A stretch of DNA of 64,000 nt from positions 32,001 to 96,000 of the forward strand of contig JBDKFG010000001.1 in assembly GCA_039798785.1 (NCBI GenBank), read 5' to 3'. The position numbers were made by a program, and so were the translations under genes. Positions 36,612 to 46,853 of the stretch are shown one piece after another (within the stretch, counting starts at the first letter, position 1; each line of letters starts with the position of its first letter). The DNA is from Verrucomicrobiota bacterium (GTDB lineage Bacteria; Verrucomicrobiota; Lentisphaeria; Lentisphaerales; Lentisphaeraceae). Under the pieces are notes generated by a model. It had not been told where the DNA came from. It did not search any database and saw only the letters and a list, made by a program, of their open reading frames with translations.

Positions 36612-37466
36612 TCAAGCCTTGGCGAGGCGTTGGCGGACGATTTCGTAGAGGCAGACGCCGGTGGCGACCGAGACGTTGAGGCACTCGACCTTGCCGGCCA
36701 TCGGCAGCTTGGTGAGGAAGTCGCAGTTCTCGGTGGTGAGGCGGCGCATGCCCGGGCCTTCGCCGCCCATGATCAGCGCCATCGAGCCGGTGAGGTCGAC
36801 GTCGTAGATGAGCTGTTCGGCGCGGTCTGAGGTGCCGACGGTCCAGACCCCGTGCTTCTTCAGCTTCTCGATGGTGCGGGTCAAGTTGGTGACGCGGACG
36901 ACCGGGATCGATTCGGTGGCGCCGCAGGAGACCTGGTGGACGATCTCGGTTATCGGGGCGGCACGGTCGCGCGGGATGATGACGGCATCGACACCGGCGC
37001 CGTCGGCGGAGCGCAGGCAGGCGCCGAGGTTGTGGGGGTCCTGGACGCCGTCGAGGATGAGGAAGAGGAAAGTCCGATCTTCGGTGAAGAGCTCGTCGAG
37101 GAAGCTCTCGTCTTTTTCGAGGCCGCGGCCGGCGAGGGCGCTGTGGCGGTTGAGGCGGACGCCGGTGCTGCCTTCGCGGCTGGGCAGGGCGATCTTGCGG
37201 GGCTCGAAGCTGTCGTAGCCGGCTTGACGGGCTTCCTTGCTCATCGGCTCATCCTTGCGCGGGGCGCGATCGAAGGTTTTTGAGCCGAAGGATTTCGACG
37301 CGGGTCTCGAATCGTCGCCGCGGGCACCGGGGAATTTCGACTTGGCCGGACTTTTCGAGGGGCCTTTTGGCTTGTGGCCGGCGTTGCGGCCGCCGAAATT
37401 GTGGGCGGGGCGGCCGGAGCCGGAGCCCGAACCGGAGGCAGAGGGGCGCGAAGATTGGTGTTTCAT
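36612..37466 (-). CDS. rlmB: 23S rRNA (G2251-2'-O)-methyltransferase, SpoU family
   Basis: [51 protein letters not shown]. Confidence 0.88.
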   Translation of the reverse strand: MKHQSSRPSASGSGSGSGRPAHNFGGRNAGHKPKGPSKSPAKSKFPGARGDDSRPASKSFGSKTFDRAPRKDEPMSKEARQAGYDSFEPRKIALPSREGSTGVRLNRHSALAGRGLEKDESFLDELFTEDRTFLFLILDGVQDPHNLGACLRSADGAGVDAVIIPRDRAAPITEIVHQVSCGATESIPVVRVTNLTRTIEKLKKHGVWTVGTSDRAEQLIYDVDLTGSMALIMGGEGPGMRRLTTENCDFLTKLPMAGKVECLNVSVATGVCLYEIVRQRLAKA

Positions 37467-37556
37467 ATGACCTAACTTTGGGGGGGCTTGTGTTGCAGAA
37501 TGTCAGCACCCACATTATCTTCAACATCGCCTTCTGAACAATAGGAAACACATACA

Positions 37557-39032
37557 ATGGCCAACTTCTTCAATTCGATCCCCCTGCGCAAGCAACGCGA
37601 ACTGCTCGCCACCTGCCGCTTCATGGATAAAGCCGAATTCAGCACCGGCTGCGACGCCCTCAAGGGCAAGAAAATCGTCGTCGTCGGCTGCGGCGCCCAG
37701 GGCCTCCACCAGGGTCTCAACCTCCGCGATAGCGGCCTCGATGTCTCCTACGCCCTCCGCAAGGAAGCGATCACCGAGAAGCGCGCTTCGTGGAAATCCG
37801 CCACCGAGAACGGCTTCAAAGTCGGCACCTACGAAGAGCTCATCCCCTCTGCCGACCTGGTCGCCAACCTGACACCCGACAAGCAGCACACCAGCGTCGT
37901 CACAGCCGTCATGCCCTTGATGAAAAAAGACTCCTGCCTCCTCTACTCGCACGGTTTCAACATCGTCGAAGAAGGCATGCAGGTCCGTAAAGACATCACC
38001 GTCATCATGGTCGCCCCCAAGTCCCCCGGCACCGAAGTCCGCAACGAATACAAGCGCGGCTTCGGCGTCCCCACCCTGATCGCCGTGCACACCGAGAACG
38101 ACCCCCAAGGTCGCGGTCTCGAGCTCGCCAAAGCCTACTGCTCCGGCACCGGCGGCGACCGCGCCGGCGTCCTCCTCTCCTCCTTCGTCGCCGAAGTCAA
38201 ATCCGACCTCCTCGGCGAACAGACCATCCTCTGCGGCCTGCTGCAGACCGGTTCGATCCTCTGCTACGAGCGCATGGTCGCCGGCGGCATTGAGCCCTCC
38301 TACGCCGCCCGCTTCATCCAGTACGGATGGGAAACCATCACCGAAGGTCTCAAGATCGGCGGCATCACCAACATGTTCGACCGCCTGTCGAACCCCGCCA
38401 AGATCAAGGCCTTCGAGATCTCCGAAGAGCTCAAGAAAACCATGCGCCCCCTCTTCGAGAAGCACATGGACGACATCATCTCCGGCGCCTTCTCCGAAGG
38501 CATGATGAAAGACTGGCACGATGGCGACCGCAAACTCCTCACCTGGCGTGAAGAGACCAGCAAGACCGCTTTCGAGCGTCAGGAAGCCGGCGACCACAAG
38601 ATCACCGAGCAGGAATTCTACGACAAAGGCGTCCTGATGGTCGCCATGGTCCGCGCCGGCGTCGAGCTCGCCTTCGAAGTCATGATCGAAGCCGGAATGA
38701 AGCCCGAGAGCGCCTACTACGAGTCGCTCCACGAGACCCCGCTGATCGCCAACACCATCGCCCGCAAGAAGCTCTACGAGATGAACAAAGTCATCTCCGA
38801 CACCGCCGAATACGGCTGCTACCTGTTCAGCCACGCCGCCGTCCCCCTCCTCAAGGACTACGTCGCCAAGGCTGACCTCAGCCTCATCGGCAAGACCTAC
38901 GGCGAAGGCCTCGGCAACGGCGTCTCCAACCGTCGCCTCGTCGAAGTCAACGCAGCCCTCCGCGCCCACGGCGTCGAGCAGGTCGGCACCGTCCTCCGCG
39001 GCTACATGACCGCGATGAAGCCGATCGTCTAA
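37557..39032 (+). CDS. ilvC: Ketol-acid reductoisomerase (long, class II form)
   Basis: [45 protein letters not shown]; 491 aa. Confidence 0.97.
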   Translation: MANFFNSIPLRKQRELLATCRFMDKAEFSTGCDALKGKKIVVVGCGAQGLHQGLNLRDSGLDVSYALRKEAITEKRASWKSATENGFKVGTYEELIPSADLVANLTPDKQHTSVVTAVMPLMKKDSCLLYSHGFNIVEEGMQVRKDITVIMVAPKSPGTEVRNEYKRGFGVPTLIAVHTENDPQGRGLELAKAYCSGTGGDRAGVLLSSFVAEVKSDLLGEQTILCGLLQTGSILCYERMVAGGIEPSYAARFIQYGWETITEGLKIGGITNMFDRLSNPAKIKAFEISEELKKTMRPLFEKHMDDIISGAFSEGMMKDWHDGDRKLLTWREETSKTAFERQEAGDHKITEQEFYDKGVLMVAMVRAGVELAFEVMIEAGMKPESAYYESLHETPLIANTIARKKLYEMNKVISDTAEYGCYLFSHAAVPLLKDYVAKADLSLIGKTYGEGLGNGVSNRRLVEVNAALRAHGVEQVGTVLRGYMTAMKPIV

Positions 39033-39052
39033 GATCCAGCTTCAGCTGAATC

Positions 39053-39085
39053 AAACCCCCGCTCTCTGCGAAGAGGCGGGGGTTT
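39053..39085 (+). terminator. Intrinsic terminator after ilvC
   Basis: AAACCCCCGC...GCGGGGGTTT hairpin followed by a T-rich run. Confidence 0.8.
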
Positions 39086-39089
39086 CTTA

Positions 39090-39227
39090 AACCTGGATTC
39101 CGAAGCTGAGCTTGGGCTCAGCTCGGGAATCCGATTCAAGATTCAAAATTCAAGATTCAACAGAACGCGAACAAAATCAAAGATTTACTAAAGGCTGACT
39201 CACAGCTTCAACTTCGGAATCGAGGTT
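39090..39227. mobile_element. Putative 138-bp MITE-like element with 20-bp imperfect terminal inverted repeats
   Basis: AACCTGGATTCCGAAGCTGA ... TCAACTTCGGAATCGAGGTT (18/20 complementary); internal ATTCAAG-like repeats. Confidence 0.45.
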
Positions 39228-39247
39228 AAACCTCAAGGAGAGCGTTT

Positions 39248-39802
39248 ATGCCAGGCACCAAGAATCCCCCCAGCCGCATCCTGGATTCCCAAGCGAAAAT
39301 CCTTTCGCCGCATCTTCGCGAATACGGTCCCAGCAGCTATTGCCGAGGAATCTTATTCTGGGCTCTCTGCGGCTTTTTCATCCTCAATCTTGTACGTCCT
39401 CTGTTGGAGTTCGCCTTCGACTATCTCTCGAAAGCCGCTGCTCCCGGCGTTTCATGGGGATTAACAATCATCTTGATGATCTACCTGCTGCATAAATGGG
39501 TTAGTCGTTACAAGCTGCGTATCGATCTCGGTCAGAGGCTTATCAGCAGAGGAGTTGCGACTCCACTGGTGCCCAGGTACAAATGGATCGACACTCCCAT
39601 CGCATCGGTCGAGGCGATCGAATTCAAAACTATACCTTGGCGTCATCACCAGCAGATCGGAGAGATCTCTCTGATCCTGAAGGATGGGACTCGGCATTGG
39701 TTGGACGAGGGTCGGCAAATCGATGAACTTAAATCCTTCGCTGCCGAGCTGGCTGAGCTTCTGCAAGTGCCGCTGGTCATCAGTGACAACAAGCAGGGCT
39801 GA
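39248..39802 (+). CDS. Hypothetical membrane protein
   Basis: AAGGAG RBS; two hydrophobic helices followed by a soluble domain. Confidence 0.7.
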   Translation: MPGTKNPPSRILDSQAKILSPHLREYGPSSYCRGILFWALCGFFILNLVRPLLEFAFDYLSKAAAPGVSWGLTIILMIYLLHKWVSRYKLRIDLGQRLISRGVATPLVPRYKWIDTPIASVEAIEFKTIPWRHHQQIGEISLILKDGTRHWLDEGRQIDELKSFAAELAELLQVPLVISDNKQG

Positions 39803-40118
39803 ACAAGGTAATCTCAGCCAAGACTGCGAGGATTTCTTCTTTGCGTCACGCAGAACGGAGGATCGGCCTGATCAGTCGGATCGGACCGATAGCTTTCCGG
39901 GGCCTGCCCGACAAAATCTCCCTGACGCCTTGTTTTTGCCCTTCTCCCGGATGTAGCTTGAAATCAGCTTGGCAAATCTCTTCGAGACCCTTGCAGGAAG
40001 TGATGTCGGCGGCATTGTGAAGCAGGACGAGAGTCATGCTTTGCATACGACACACATCAAGGCCTCAGGGCCTTAAAGTCAAACCCGCACAAGCCAACTG
40101 ACTCTCGTCCCTTTTTTT

Positions 40119-40859
40119 ATGCCCGGAAACCCTCTCATGCCCCACACACGCGATCTCCCCGAAGGCATCCGCCAGATGCTCGGCAACAACGCCGGCCAGC
40201 GCCAGCGCTACATCGAACACAACGGCCTTTGCGTCATCGTCCTGCACCGCCCGCCTCGGCGCGGCGACAAGACTCGCGAGGCCTTGATCTTCTGGAAGAC
40301 TACCGACGGCGTCTGGCACAACAGCTCGGACAACAGCGGACTCGGTCTCGCCCGCCGCAACGCCAACGATTACGAGAAGCGGGTCGCCGAGCTCGACAGT
40401 CATTACGCCAAGGCTGACGGCGACCTGCAGGCCCACTTCGGCATTCTCGGCGATCTCGCCCCATTCTCCCGCGCCCTCAGCAACGCCTCGATCGTCATGC
40501 AATCGGCCCGCGATCACGCCAAGAACGACGCCGAGATCGCCGAGATCGCCGATCTCGTTTACAGCTGCCACCGCAGCGCCGAACTTCTCCAGACCGATCT
40601 GCATCACAGCGTCGAACACCTGCGCGCCGAACAGCAGGAACGGCTCGCCACCGCCAGCGACCGGGCCTTGCGCAGCTCGCAACGCCTGAATATCCTGACC
40701 GCCATCTTCCTGCCGGTCACTGCGATCACTGGCGTCTTCGGCATGAACCTGCACAATGGTTTCGAAAACCATCCCAGCATGTTCTTCGTCGTCTTCGTCA
40801 GCGGCCTCGTCGTCGGCCTCATCCTCTGCACGTGGATCCTCACCGCCCACCGGAAGTGA
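40119..40859 (+). CDS. CorA-family-like divalent cation transporter (short form)
   Basis: RLNILTAIFLPVTAITGVFGMN with two C-terminal TM helices; the start may be 40137. Confidence 0.75.
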   Translation: MPGNPLMPHTRDLPEGIRQMLGNNAGQRQRYIEHNGLCVIVLHRPPRRGDKTREALIFWKTTDGVWHNSSDNSGLGLARRNANDYEKRVAELDSHYAKADGDLQAHFGILGDLAPFSRALSNASIVMQSARDHAKNDAEIAEIADLVYSCHRSAELLQTDLHHSVEHLRAEQQERLATASDRALRSSQRLNILTAIFLPVTAITGVFGMNLHNGFENHPSMFFVVFVSGLVVGLILCTWILTAHRK

Positions 40860-41021
40860 AAATGGAGTGGGATGATCTGACGGTCTACAATCATGGCGGC
40901 TGGAGTGACCGTCTCAGTGCATTGGGGCTGACCGATTCCGGACAATCCTGTCAGGGCTGTGTTTTCGCTCTTCCATAGCCGTGTCCGTTGTGTCCCTGTT
41001 GGGTTGCGGACGAAGTCCTCG

Positions 41022-42497
41022 TCAGGGCTTTCCCGGCGCGGCCACCAGCTTGCGATAGAGGGGCAGGGCCTCAGTCGCCGGGACTTCCTTGCCTTCGTGC
41101 CAGAAGCTGATCAGCTGGAATTCCTTGCCGTCTCGGGCCTTCACCGCGACGTTGTCGGGGGAGATGGTGGCGCGCCCGAGAGTCCTTTCGGTCGGCCATT
41201 GGATAGAAGTGAAGGTCTGGTAGGCCAGTTCGGAGCAGACGATGCGGTCGAGGGTGCCGACATCGAAGTTGAAATCGTAGGCCTTGCCGTGTTGACGGAA
41301 GGCGCGCCGCAAGGTTTCGGCCTGGGCTTCGCGGTCGAGGCTGCCGCAGCGCAGGATGGCGACGTCGTCGACGTCGAGGAAGCGCGCCAAGGTGTTGAGC
41401 TGGACCCCGTCGCGCAGGGCTTCGAGGACGCATCGGCCTTGGCGGATCTTGTCGTGATGGGGGCGGACGAGCGGGTCTTCCCAGAGGCCGGCGGCCTTCA
41501 GCTCGGCTTCTGTGCCGAGCCAGATGGCGACATGGCCGAAGTGACCCGGTATCAGCTTGTCGGTGAGGCGGAAGGGGGTTTTTTCGAGTAGGATGTCGAG
41601 CGGCTTGAGTTGGGACCCGACTGCGGCGGTGACTTCGGGGCGTTGGAACAGCCGGCCATGGCGGGTCTGGATCAGCCCGACGGCATTGCCGAAGGCGCCA
41701 GAGACGCTGTCGACCACCTGTTCGCCGATGAAGAAGCCCTTGACGTCGACCCGTTCGGCGAAGAGGCCGATCTTGCCGGCGTAATCCCCCAGGAATCCCC
41801 CTTTGCCGATGGTGGTGACCGAGGGAGAGCTTTCGATCACGGCGAGCAGATAATCGACCTGGGGGTCCTGGCGGCGCATCTGCTCGAATCTGGCCTTGTG
41901 GGTCTGCAGCAGATCGAGGGCGCGGCGGAAGCGGAGGCGGTTTTCCCGGGAGTGGTAGGCTTCCATCACCTCCGAGAAGGATTCGGACTTGATGCCGTAG
42001 CCGGAGTCGGCGCGTTCGGCGAGCTTGCGCAGCTGCGAGTCGTCGCGGATGGCGGCGTAGCAGAAGGCGTGGTTGTCGTACAGCACGACTGCCGCGGCGA
42101 GGGCGATCAGGCCGCCTTTGAGACGGGATTCGTCGCTGACCAGGGAGAGATGGTCGGGGTCGGCGACGACGCTGTAGTGCTCGAGGACGCGGAGGAATTC
42201 GCGGCGCATGGAGAGATGCTCGGCGACGCCGGCGGAGAAGGCTTCGATGTCGGCTGGGCCCAAGGGCTGTTTGAGCTTTTTCAAGGCGCGGTGGCGAGCG
42301 ACGAAATTCAAGCTGCCGGCACGAAGGGTCAGGGCCCATTCGGTGATGTCCTGAAGGTGCTCGACAGCGACTTTCTGCTGCGCGACCTCAAGGCGGTTGA
42401 ATTCCTTCATGTGAGGGTCGTCATCGCTTCCTTGAGTGGAGGCCGGTGCGAAGGCGAGGAGCAGGGCGGTGCAGGCAGGGAGCATTGTCAAGCTCAA
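41022..42497 (-). CDS. Secreted YiiX/YebB-like permuted papain-like (NlpC/P60) amidase
   Basis: LKPLDILL, IPGHFGHVAIWLG, GKAYDFNFD, IVCSEL. Confidence 0.8.
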   Translation of the reverse strand: MSLTMLPACTALLLAFAPASTQGSDDDPHMKEFNRLEVAQQKVAVEHLQDITEWALTLRAGSLNFVARHRALKKLKQPLGPADIEAFSAGVAEHLSMRREFLRVLEHYSVVADPDHLSLVSDESRLKGGLIALAAAVVLYDNHAFCYAAIRDDSQLRKLAERADSGYGIKSESFSEVMEAYHSRENRLRFRRALDLLQTHKARFEQMRRQDPQVDYLLAVIESSPSVTTIGKGGFLGDYAGKIGLFAERVDVKGFFIGEQVVDSVSGAFGNAVGLIQTRHGRLFQRPEVTAAVGSQLKPLDILLEKTPFRLTDKLIPGHFGHVAIWLGTEAELKAAGLWEDPLVRPHHDKIRQGRCVLEALRDGVQLNTLARFLDVDDVAILRCGSLDREAQAETLRRAFRQHGKAYDFNFDVGTLDRIVCSELAYQTFTSIQWPTERTLGRATISPDNVAVKARDGKEFQLISFWHEGKEVPATEALPLYRKLVAAPGKP

Positions 42498-43489
42498 TCT
42501 TTTTCGCTGGGGGCTTCGTCGCCGAGGCGGGCACCCTTGGCGTAGTAGTTGACGTAGTAGTCGCGGACGGCGCGTTCGAAGGAGGAGAAGCGGTGGCGGA
42601 AGCCGGCGCGGCGGAGCTGCTGCAGGTCGAGGCAGGTGTAGTACTGGTAGCGCTCGCGCATCGTCTCCGGCATGTCGAAGAATTCCATCTTCACCGGGCG
42701 GCCCATCGCCTTGAAGCAGGCGTTGGCCATTTCATTGAAGGAGCGGGCGTGCCCCGAGCCGGCGTTGAAGAGGCCGTTGATCTCCGGCTTGTCGAGGAAG
42801 AAGAGGACCATGTCGACGACGTCCTTGATGTAGACGAAGTCGCGCATCTGGCCGCCGTCGGGGTAGTCGGGGTGGTGCGAGCGGAAGAGCCGGACGACGT
42901 TGGTGGCGTCGATCTGCTGCAGGCAGTTGTGGATCATCGAGACCATCTCGCCCTTGTGCGCCTCGTTGGGACCGAAGACGTTGGCGAACTTCAGGCCGAT
43001 CATCTCGTCGAGGATGCCGTTGCGGGAGGCCCAGAGGTCGAAGAGGTGCTTGGAGTAGCCGTAGGGGTTGAGGGGGCGGAGCTTGTCGAGGTCGTCGGGC
43101 AGGTCGGAGAAGCCCTGGGTGCCGTCGCCATAGGTCGCCACCGAAGAGGCGTAGATCAGGCGGATGTGCTTGTTCAGGCAGTAGCTGGCGACCGCCTGGG
43201 AATACTTGAAGTTGTTTTGGATGAGGTAGCTGGCGTCGTCGTTGAGGGTGTCGGTGCAGGCTCCCATGTGGATGACGCAGCTGATGTTGTCGGGCAGGGC
43301 GTCGTTGCGGATGCCGTCGAGGAAGGCGTCGCGGTCCATGTAGTCGAGGAACTGCAGCGGCACCAGATTCTTCCACTTGTCGCTTTTGTCGAGATGGTCG
43401 ACCACCATGATGTTGCGGATGTTGCGCCGGTTCAGCCCCCAGATCACGGCACTGCCGATGAATCCTGCTCCGCCTGTGACCACGATCAT
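42494..43489 (-). CDS. hldD: ADP-L-glycero-D-manno-heptose 6-epimerase
   Basis: VTGGAGFIGS, HMGACTDT, PLNPYGYSKHLFD, NVFGPNEAHKG, RDFVYIKD. Confidence 0.93.
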   Translation of the reverse strand: MIVVTGGAGFIGSAVIWGLNRRNIRNIMVVDHLDKSDKWKNLVPLQFLDYMDRDAFLDGIRNDALPDNISCVIHMGACTDTLNDDASYLIQNNFKYSQAVASYCLNKHIRLIYASSVATYGDGTQGFSDLPDDLDKLRPLNPYGYSKHLFDLWASRNGILDEMIGLKFANVFGPNEAHKGEMVSMIHNCLQQIDATNVVRLFRSHHPDYPDGGQMRDFVYIKDVVDMVLFFLDKPEINGLFNAGSGHARSFNEMANACFKAMGRPVKMEFFDMPETMRERYQYYTCLDLQQLRRAGFRHRFSSFERAVRDYYVNYYAKGARLGDEAPSEKD

Positions 43490-43699
43490 GCTCGGCCTCC
43501 TTAAGAAGAAAAATTGACTGGCTTCCTCCTCCAATCTGCACAACTTCAGACCGCTTTGCAAACCTTTCCTGCGGCTTTGCCGCGAAAATGCTAGAAAATC
43601 CGGGGCAGGCTGCCGGATGCGGACGGAGCTACGACGGTGCGCGCCGCCTTGCAGCAGCTCCAAGACGCCAGTATCTTGGGTGCATCTGGAGACCGCAAC

Positions 43700-44227
43700 A
43701 TGAAACTGCTAGGCCCTTTGTTTGCAGCTGTGATGATCTTCTCTTCGTGCAGCGAGAACCTCGATCCTGCCAAGACTTACAAGATCAAGCCGAACGACAA
43801 GCTCGACAACATCACCTGGGAGCAGTATCTGAAGTACTGCGACGAGGGCAATTCCGAAGCCCCCGGCAATTACAAGCTGCTGCATGAGCGCAGCGTCACC
43901 TGGCAGGGACAGGCGACCTTCGTCGAGAAGACCGAGCGTTCGGGCTATGGCGGTAACTGGCTCGATGAAGAGCTGCGCATCAAGATGGAACCCAGCCGCG
44001 GCACCATAGCCGACGTCCGTCTTTATCTCGAACGATCCTGCGAGAAGGACTTTAAGAGCATTAAAGTTCATCTTACGGATGGCGATATCGTGCAGTTCAC
44101 CGGCAATTTCCGCTCTCGCGGCGGCGGCATGTCCGATCACATACTCATCTGCAAATCGCTGAAGAGGATCGGTAAACCCAAGCCGAAGGAAGAGGCGAAG
44201 CCGAGCCAGCGCTCCAGCGTTCGCTGA
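43700..44227 (+). CDS. Hypothetical lipoprotein
   Basis: GGAG RBS; lipobox-like FSSC. Confidence 0.65.
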   Translation: MKLLGPLFAAVMIFSSCSENLDPAKTYKIKPNDKLDNITWEQYLKYCDEGNSEAPGNYKLLHERSVTWQGQATFVEKTERSGYGGNWLDEELRIKMEPSRGTIADVRLYLERSCEKDFKSIKVHLTDGDIVQFTGNFRSRGGGMSDHILICKSLKRIGKPKPKEEAKPSQRSSVR

Positions 44228-44847
44228 TGCGAATCGAAGCCTGGTCTTGCTGGCCGCCGGGCCCGGATGCTCCGGAGACTCCTCCCTGCGCTTTCGTCGA
44301 GCCGATGCAGCGTCGCCGCCTCTCGCTTTTCGCCCGCCGGCAACTCCAGGCGGCCTACGACTGCTTGCAGCAAAGCGCCGCATCCGAGGAGGAGATTCCG
44401 AGTGTTTTCGCATCTCGACACGGCGAGGTGTCGCAATCGCTGCGGCTCCTCGCCCAGATCCGGGTGGCTGAGCCTCCTTCGCCGCAGGGTTTCGCTCTTT
44501 CCGTTCATAATTCGGTGGCCGGCCTCTGGAGCCTGCTCCGTCGCGATCGGGCGCCGTCGATCTCAATCGCCGCCGGGGCGGAGACGCTTCATGCCGCCCT
44601 GACCGAGGCCCGGATGCGACTGGGCACCTGTCCCGGGGGACGGCTTCTCCTGGTTGTCGGCGACGAGCCGCTGCCCGAGTCCTACCGCGCCTGGTCTGAA
44701 GAGGGGGTGCGCAGCCATGCCTTGGCGATCCTCCTGCATCGCGATGCCGGCGCGCTTTTCCCGTCTGCCGATGCCTGGCGAGCCTCGTCATGTCCGGTCT
44801 CCGCCTTGGCTGATCAGCTCCGGCGTCTTGCCGGATCGAAAGATTGA
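44227..44847 (+). CDS. Beta-ketoacyl synthase chain-length factor (ApeC-like)
   Basis: PMQRRRLS, VFASRHGE, SPQGFALSVHNSVAG, LLVVGDEPLP. Confidence 0.85.
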   Translation: MRIEAWSCWPPGPDAPETPPCAFVEPMQRRRLSLFARRQLQAAYDCLQQSAASEEEIPSVFASRHGEVSQSLRLLAQIRVAEPPSPQGFALSVHNSVAGLWSLLRRDRAPSISIAAGAETLHAALTEARMRLGTCPGGRLLLVVGDEPLPESYRAWSEEGVRSHALAILLHRDAGALFPSADAWRASSCPVSALADQLRRLAGSKD

Positions 44848-44892
44848 GGACTTGCTGATGTGCGGGATCATTCTTGCCGCGGCGGTCTCCGG

Positions 44893-45678
44893 ATGAAGCC
44901 GCTCTTCCGCATCTGGCAATTCCTGGTGATCGCCGCCGCTGCTTCGGCTTATGCCGCCGGAGTGCTGCTGAACTGCCTGTTTCTGCTTCCGCTGATCTAT
45001 TTGTGCGGAACGAGAAAGGAAGTGCGCCGCCGGATGGTACGCCGCCTGATCTCCGCTCAGTTCCGTCTCTTCCTTTCCTTCCTCAGGTTCTGCCGCATCC
45101 TCATCGTCGAGCCGGCGGCGGCACCAGAACTCGGCCGGGCGACACTGATCGTCGCCAATCACCCTTCCTTGCTCGACATCCTGATCCTCATCGCCCACTT
45201 CCCGGAAGCTGACTGCCTCGTCAAGAAAAGCCTTTGGCGAAATCCCTTGGTCGCGCCGATGCTGATCAGCGCCGGCTATCTATCCAATGACGATGCTGCC
45301 GGCTTTCTCGAGTCCGCCGCGGAGCGCCTCGGTGCCGGATTCCCGATCGTCATCTTCCCGGAAGGGACGCGCTCGCCGCCTCAAGGAATGTTCCCCTTTC
45401 ATCGCAGTGCCGCCTCCCTCGCTTTGCGGCACGCTTGCCAAATCCTGCCTGTCCGCTTAGAGTTCAGCCATCGCGTCCTCGCCAAAGGCCAGCCGATCTT
45501 CCGCTTCCCCCCCTGCAGCGTCCGCTGCAGGCTCGAATTCCGGGAGCTTGTGGAATGCGGCGACCCTTCACCGGGCCGGAGCCAGTCCCTCACCCGCCAA
45601 CTCGAAGTCCTTCTCAGCCCCGGATCCCCAGATGGAACAGGAAATCAAAGAACTGATCGTCAAGACCCTCAGCCTTGA
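44893..45678 (+). CDS. Acyltransferase (PlsC-type, ApeD-like)
   Basis: ANHPSLLD, CLVKKSLWRNP, FPEGTRS. Confidence 0.85.
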   Translation: MKPLFRIWQFLVIAAAASAYAAGVLLNCLFLLPLIYLCGTRKEVRRRMVRRLISAQFRLFLSFLRFCRILIVEPAAAPELGRATLIVANHPSLLDILILIAHFPEADCLVKKSLWRNPLVAPMLISAGYLSNDDAAGFLESAAERLGAGFPIVIFPEGTRSPPQGMFPFHRSAASLALRHACQILPVRLEFSHRVLAKGQPIFRFPPCSVRCRLEFRELVECGDPSPGRSQSLTRQLEVLLSPGSPDGTGNQRTDRQDPQP

Positions 45679-45883
45679 AGGACTCAGTCCCGCCGATATC
45701 GACAGCAATGCGCCGCTCTTCGGCGATGGACTCAGCCTTGACTCCATCGACGCCCTCGAGCTTGGCGTCGCCATCCAGAAGACCTATGGCATCAAGCTCG
45801 AAGGCGGCGACGCCGAGACCAAGGCCGCTTTCGCCTCCGTCAGCTCTCTCGCCCGCTTTGTCCAAGCCCGGAGAAAATCATGA
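45632..45883 (+). CDS. Acyl carrier protein (ApeE-like)
   Basis: APLFGDGLSLDSIDALELG. Confidence 0.9.
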   Translation: MEQEIKELIVKTLSLEGLSPADIDSNAPLFGDGLSLDSIDALELGVAIQKTYGIKLEGGDAETKAAFASVSSLARFVQARRKS

Positions 45884-46146
45884 GCCAGCCCGCCCCGATG
45901 GACCGCGACGCTATTCTCGCGAAAGTCCGCGACATCCTCGCCAAGCAGTTCGAGATCCCCCCCGAAAAGGTCGTTCCGGAGGCTCAGCTCTACACTGATC
46001 TCGGGCTCGATTCGATCGATGCCGTCGACCTCGTCGTCACCCTCCAGGACATGGCCGGCCGCAAGGTCGACGCTGATCGCTTTCGCAGCATCCGCAGCGT
46101 CGAGCAGCTGGTCGATGCCATCTATGACCTGCTGAACGGGAAGTGA
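45880..46146 (+). CDS. Acyl carrier protein (ApeF-like)
   Basis: LYTDLGLDSIDAVDL. Confidence 0.9.
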   Translation: MSQPAPMDRDAILAKVRDILAKQFEIPPEKVVPEAQLYTDLGLDSIDAVDLVVTLQDMAGRKVDADRFRSIRSVEQLVDAIYDLLNGK

Positions 46147-46148
46147 CC

Positions 46149-46748
46149 ATGGCCAGCCGCCTGCTCCAGTTCGCCTTCATCCTCCTGATGCTCCTCTACC
46201 CGCTGATCGTCTGGTTGGGATTGAGTCATTTTCAACAAAAGGGCGAGGGCAATGTCACCATCGTCGCCAGTATCCTGCTGGCCATCGTGTCGCTTCGCTT
46301 CCTGGTGATGAAAACCCGCAGCGACGCCCTGATCACCATGCTTCCCTTCATGCTGTCGGCCCTCTTCCTCGCCGCTTCAGCTTTGACGAATGAAGAAACC
46401 TGGATGCTGATGCAGCCGGCGATGATCAATCTGGCGATGTTCATCGCTTTTGCCCTCTCCCTGCGCCACCCGCCCTGCGTCGCCGAACGCCTGGCTCGCC
46501 TGGAAGACCCGAAACTTCCACCTGAAGGGGTGATTTATTGCCGCAAGGTCACCCGTGCCTGGTGCAAATTCTTCATCGCCAACGGCACTTGCGCAGCGGT
46601 CTCCGCCTTCATGCATTTCCAAGTCTGGGTCTTCTACAACGGCTTTGTCGCCTACATCTTGATCGGATTGTTCTTCGTCGTCGAGATGTTCCTTCGACGT
46701 CGCGTCAAGGCCCGCATCGCCGCTAAGCGTGCCAAGGGCGAACTCTGA
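46149..46748 (+). CDS. COG4648-type membrane protein (ApeG-like)
   Basis: LYPLIVW, ERLARL, YCRKVTRAWCKFFIANG, YNGFVAY. Confidence 0.85.
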   Translation: MASRLLQFAFILLMLLYPLIVWLGLSHFQQKGEGNVTIVASILLAIVSLRFLVMKTRSDALITMLPFMLSALFLAASALTNEETWMLMQPAMINLAMFIAFALSLRHPPCVAERLARLEDPKLPPEGVIYCRKVTRAWCKFFIANGTCAAVSAFMHFQVWVFYNGFVAYILIGLFFVVEMFLRRRVKARIAAKRAKGEL

Positions 46749-46853
46749 AAGTTCCAAGCCCCTCTTGCAGCCTCGTCTCCAAGAGGCATATTCCCGGCCA
46801 CTCACGACGGCTCCGGCCGTGAAACGCAAAACCCAGACCTCAGGAAGTCCCCC

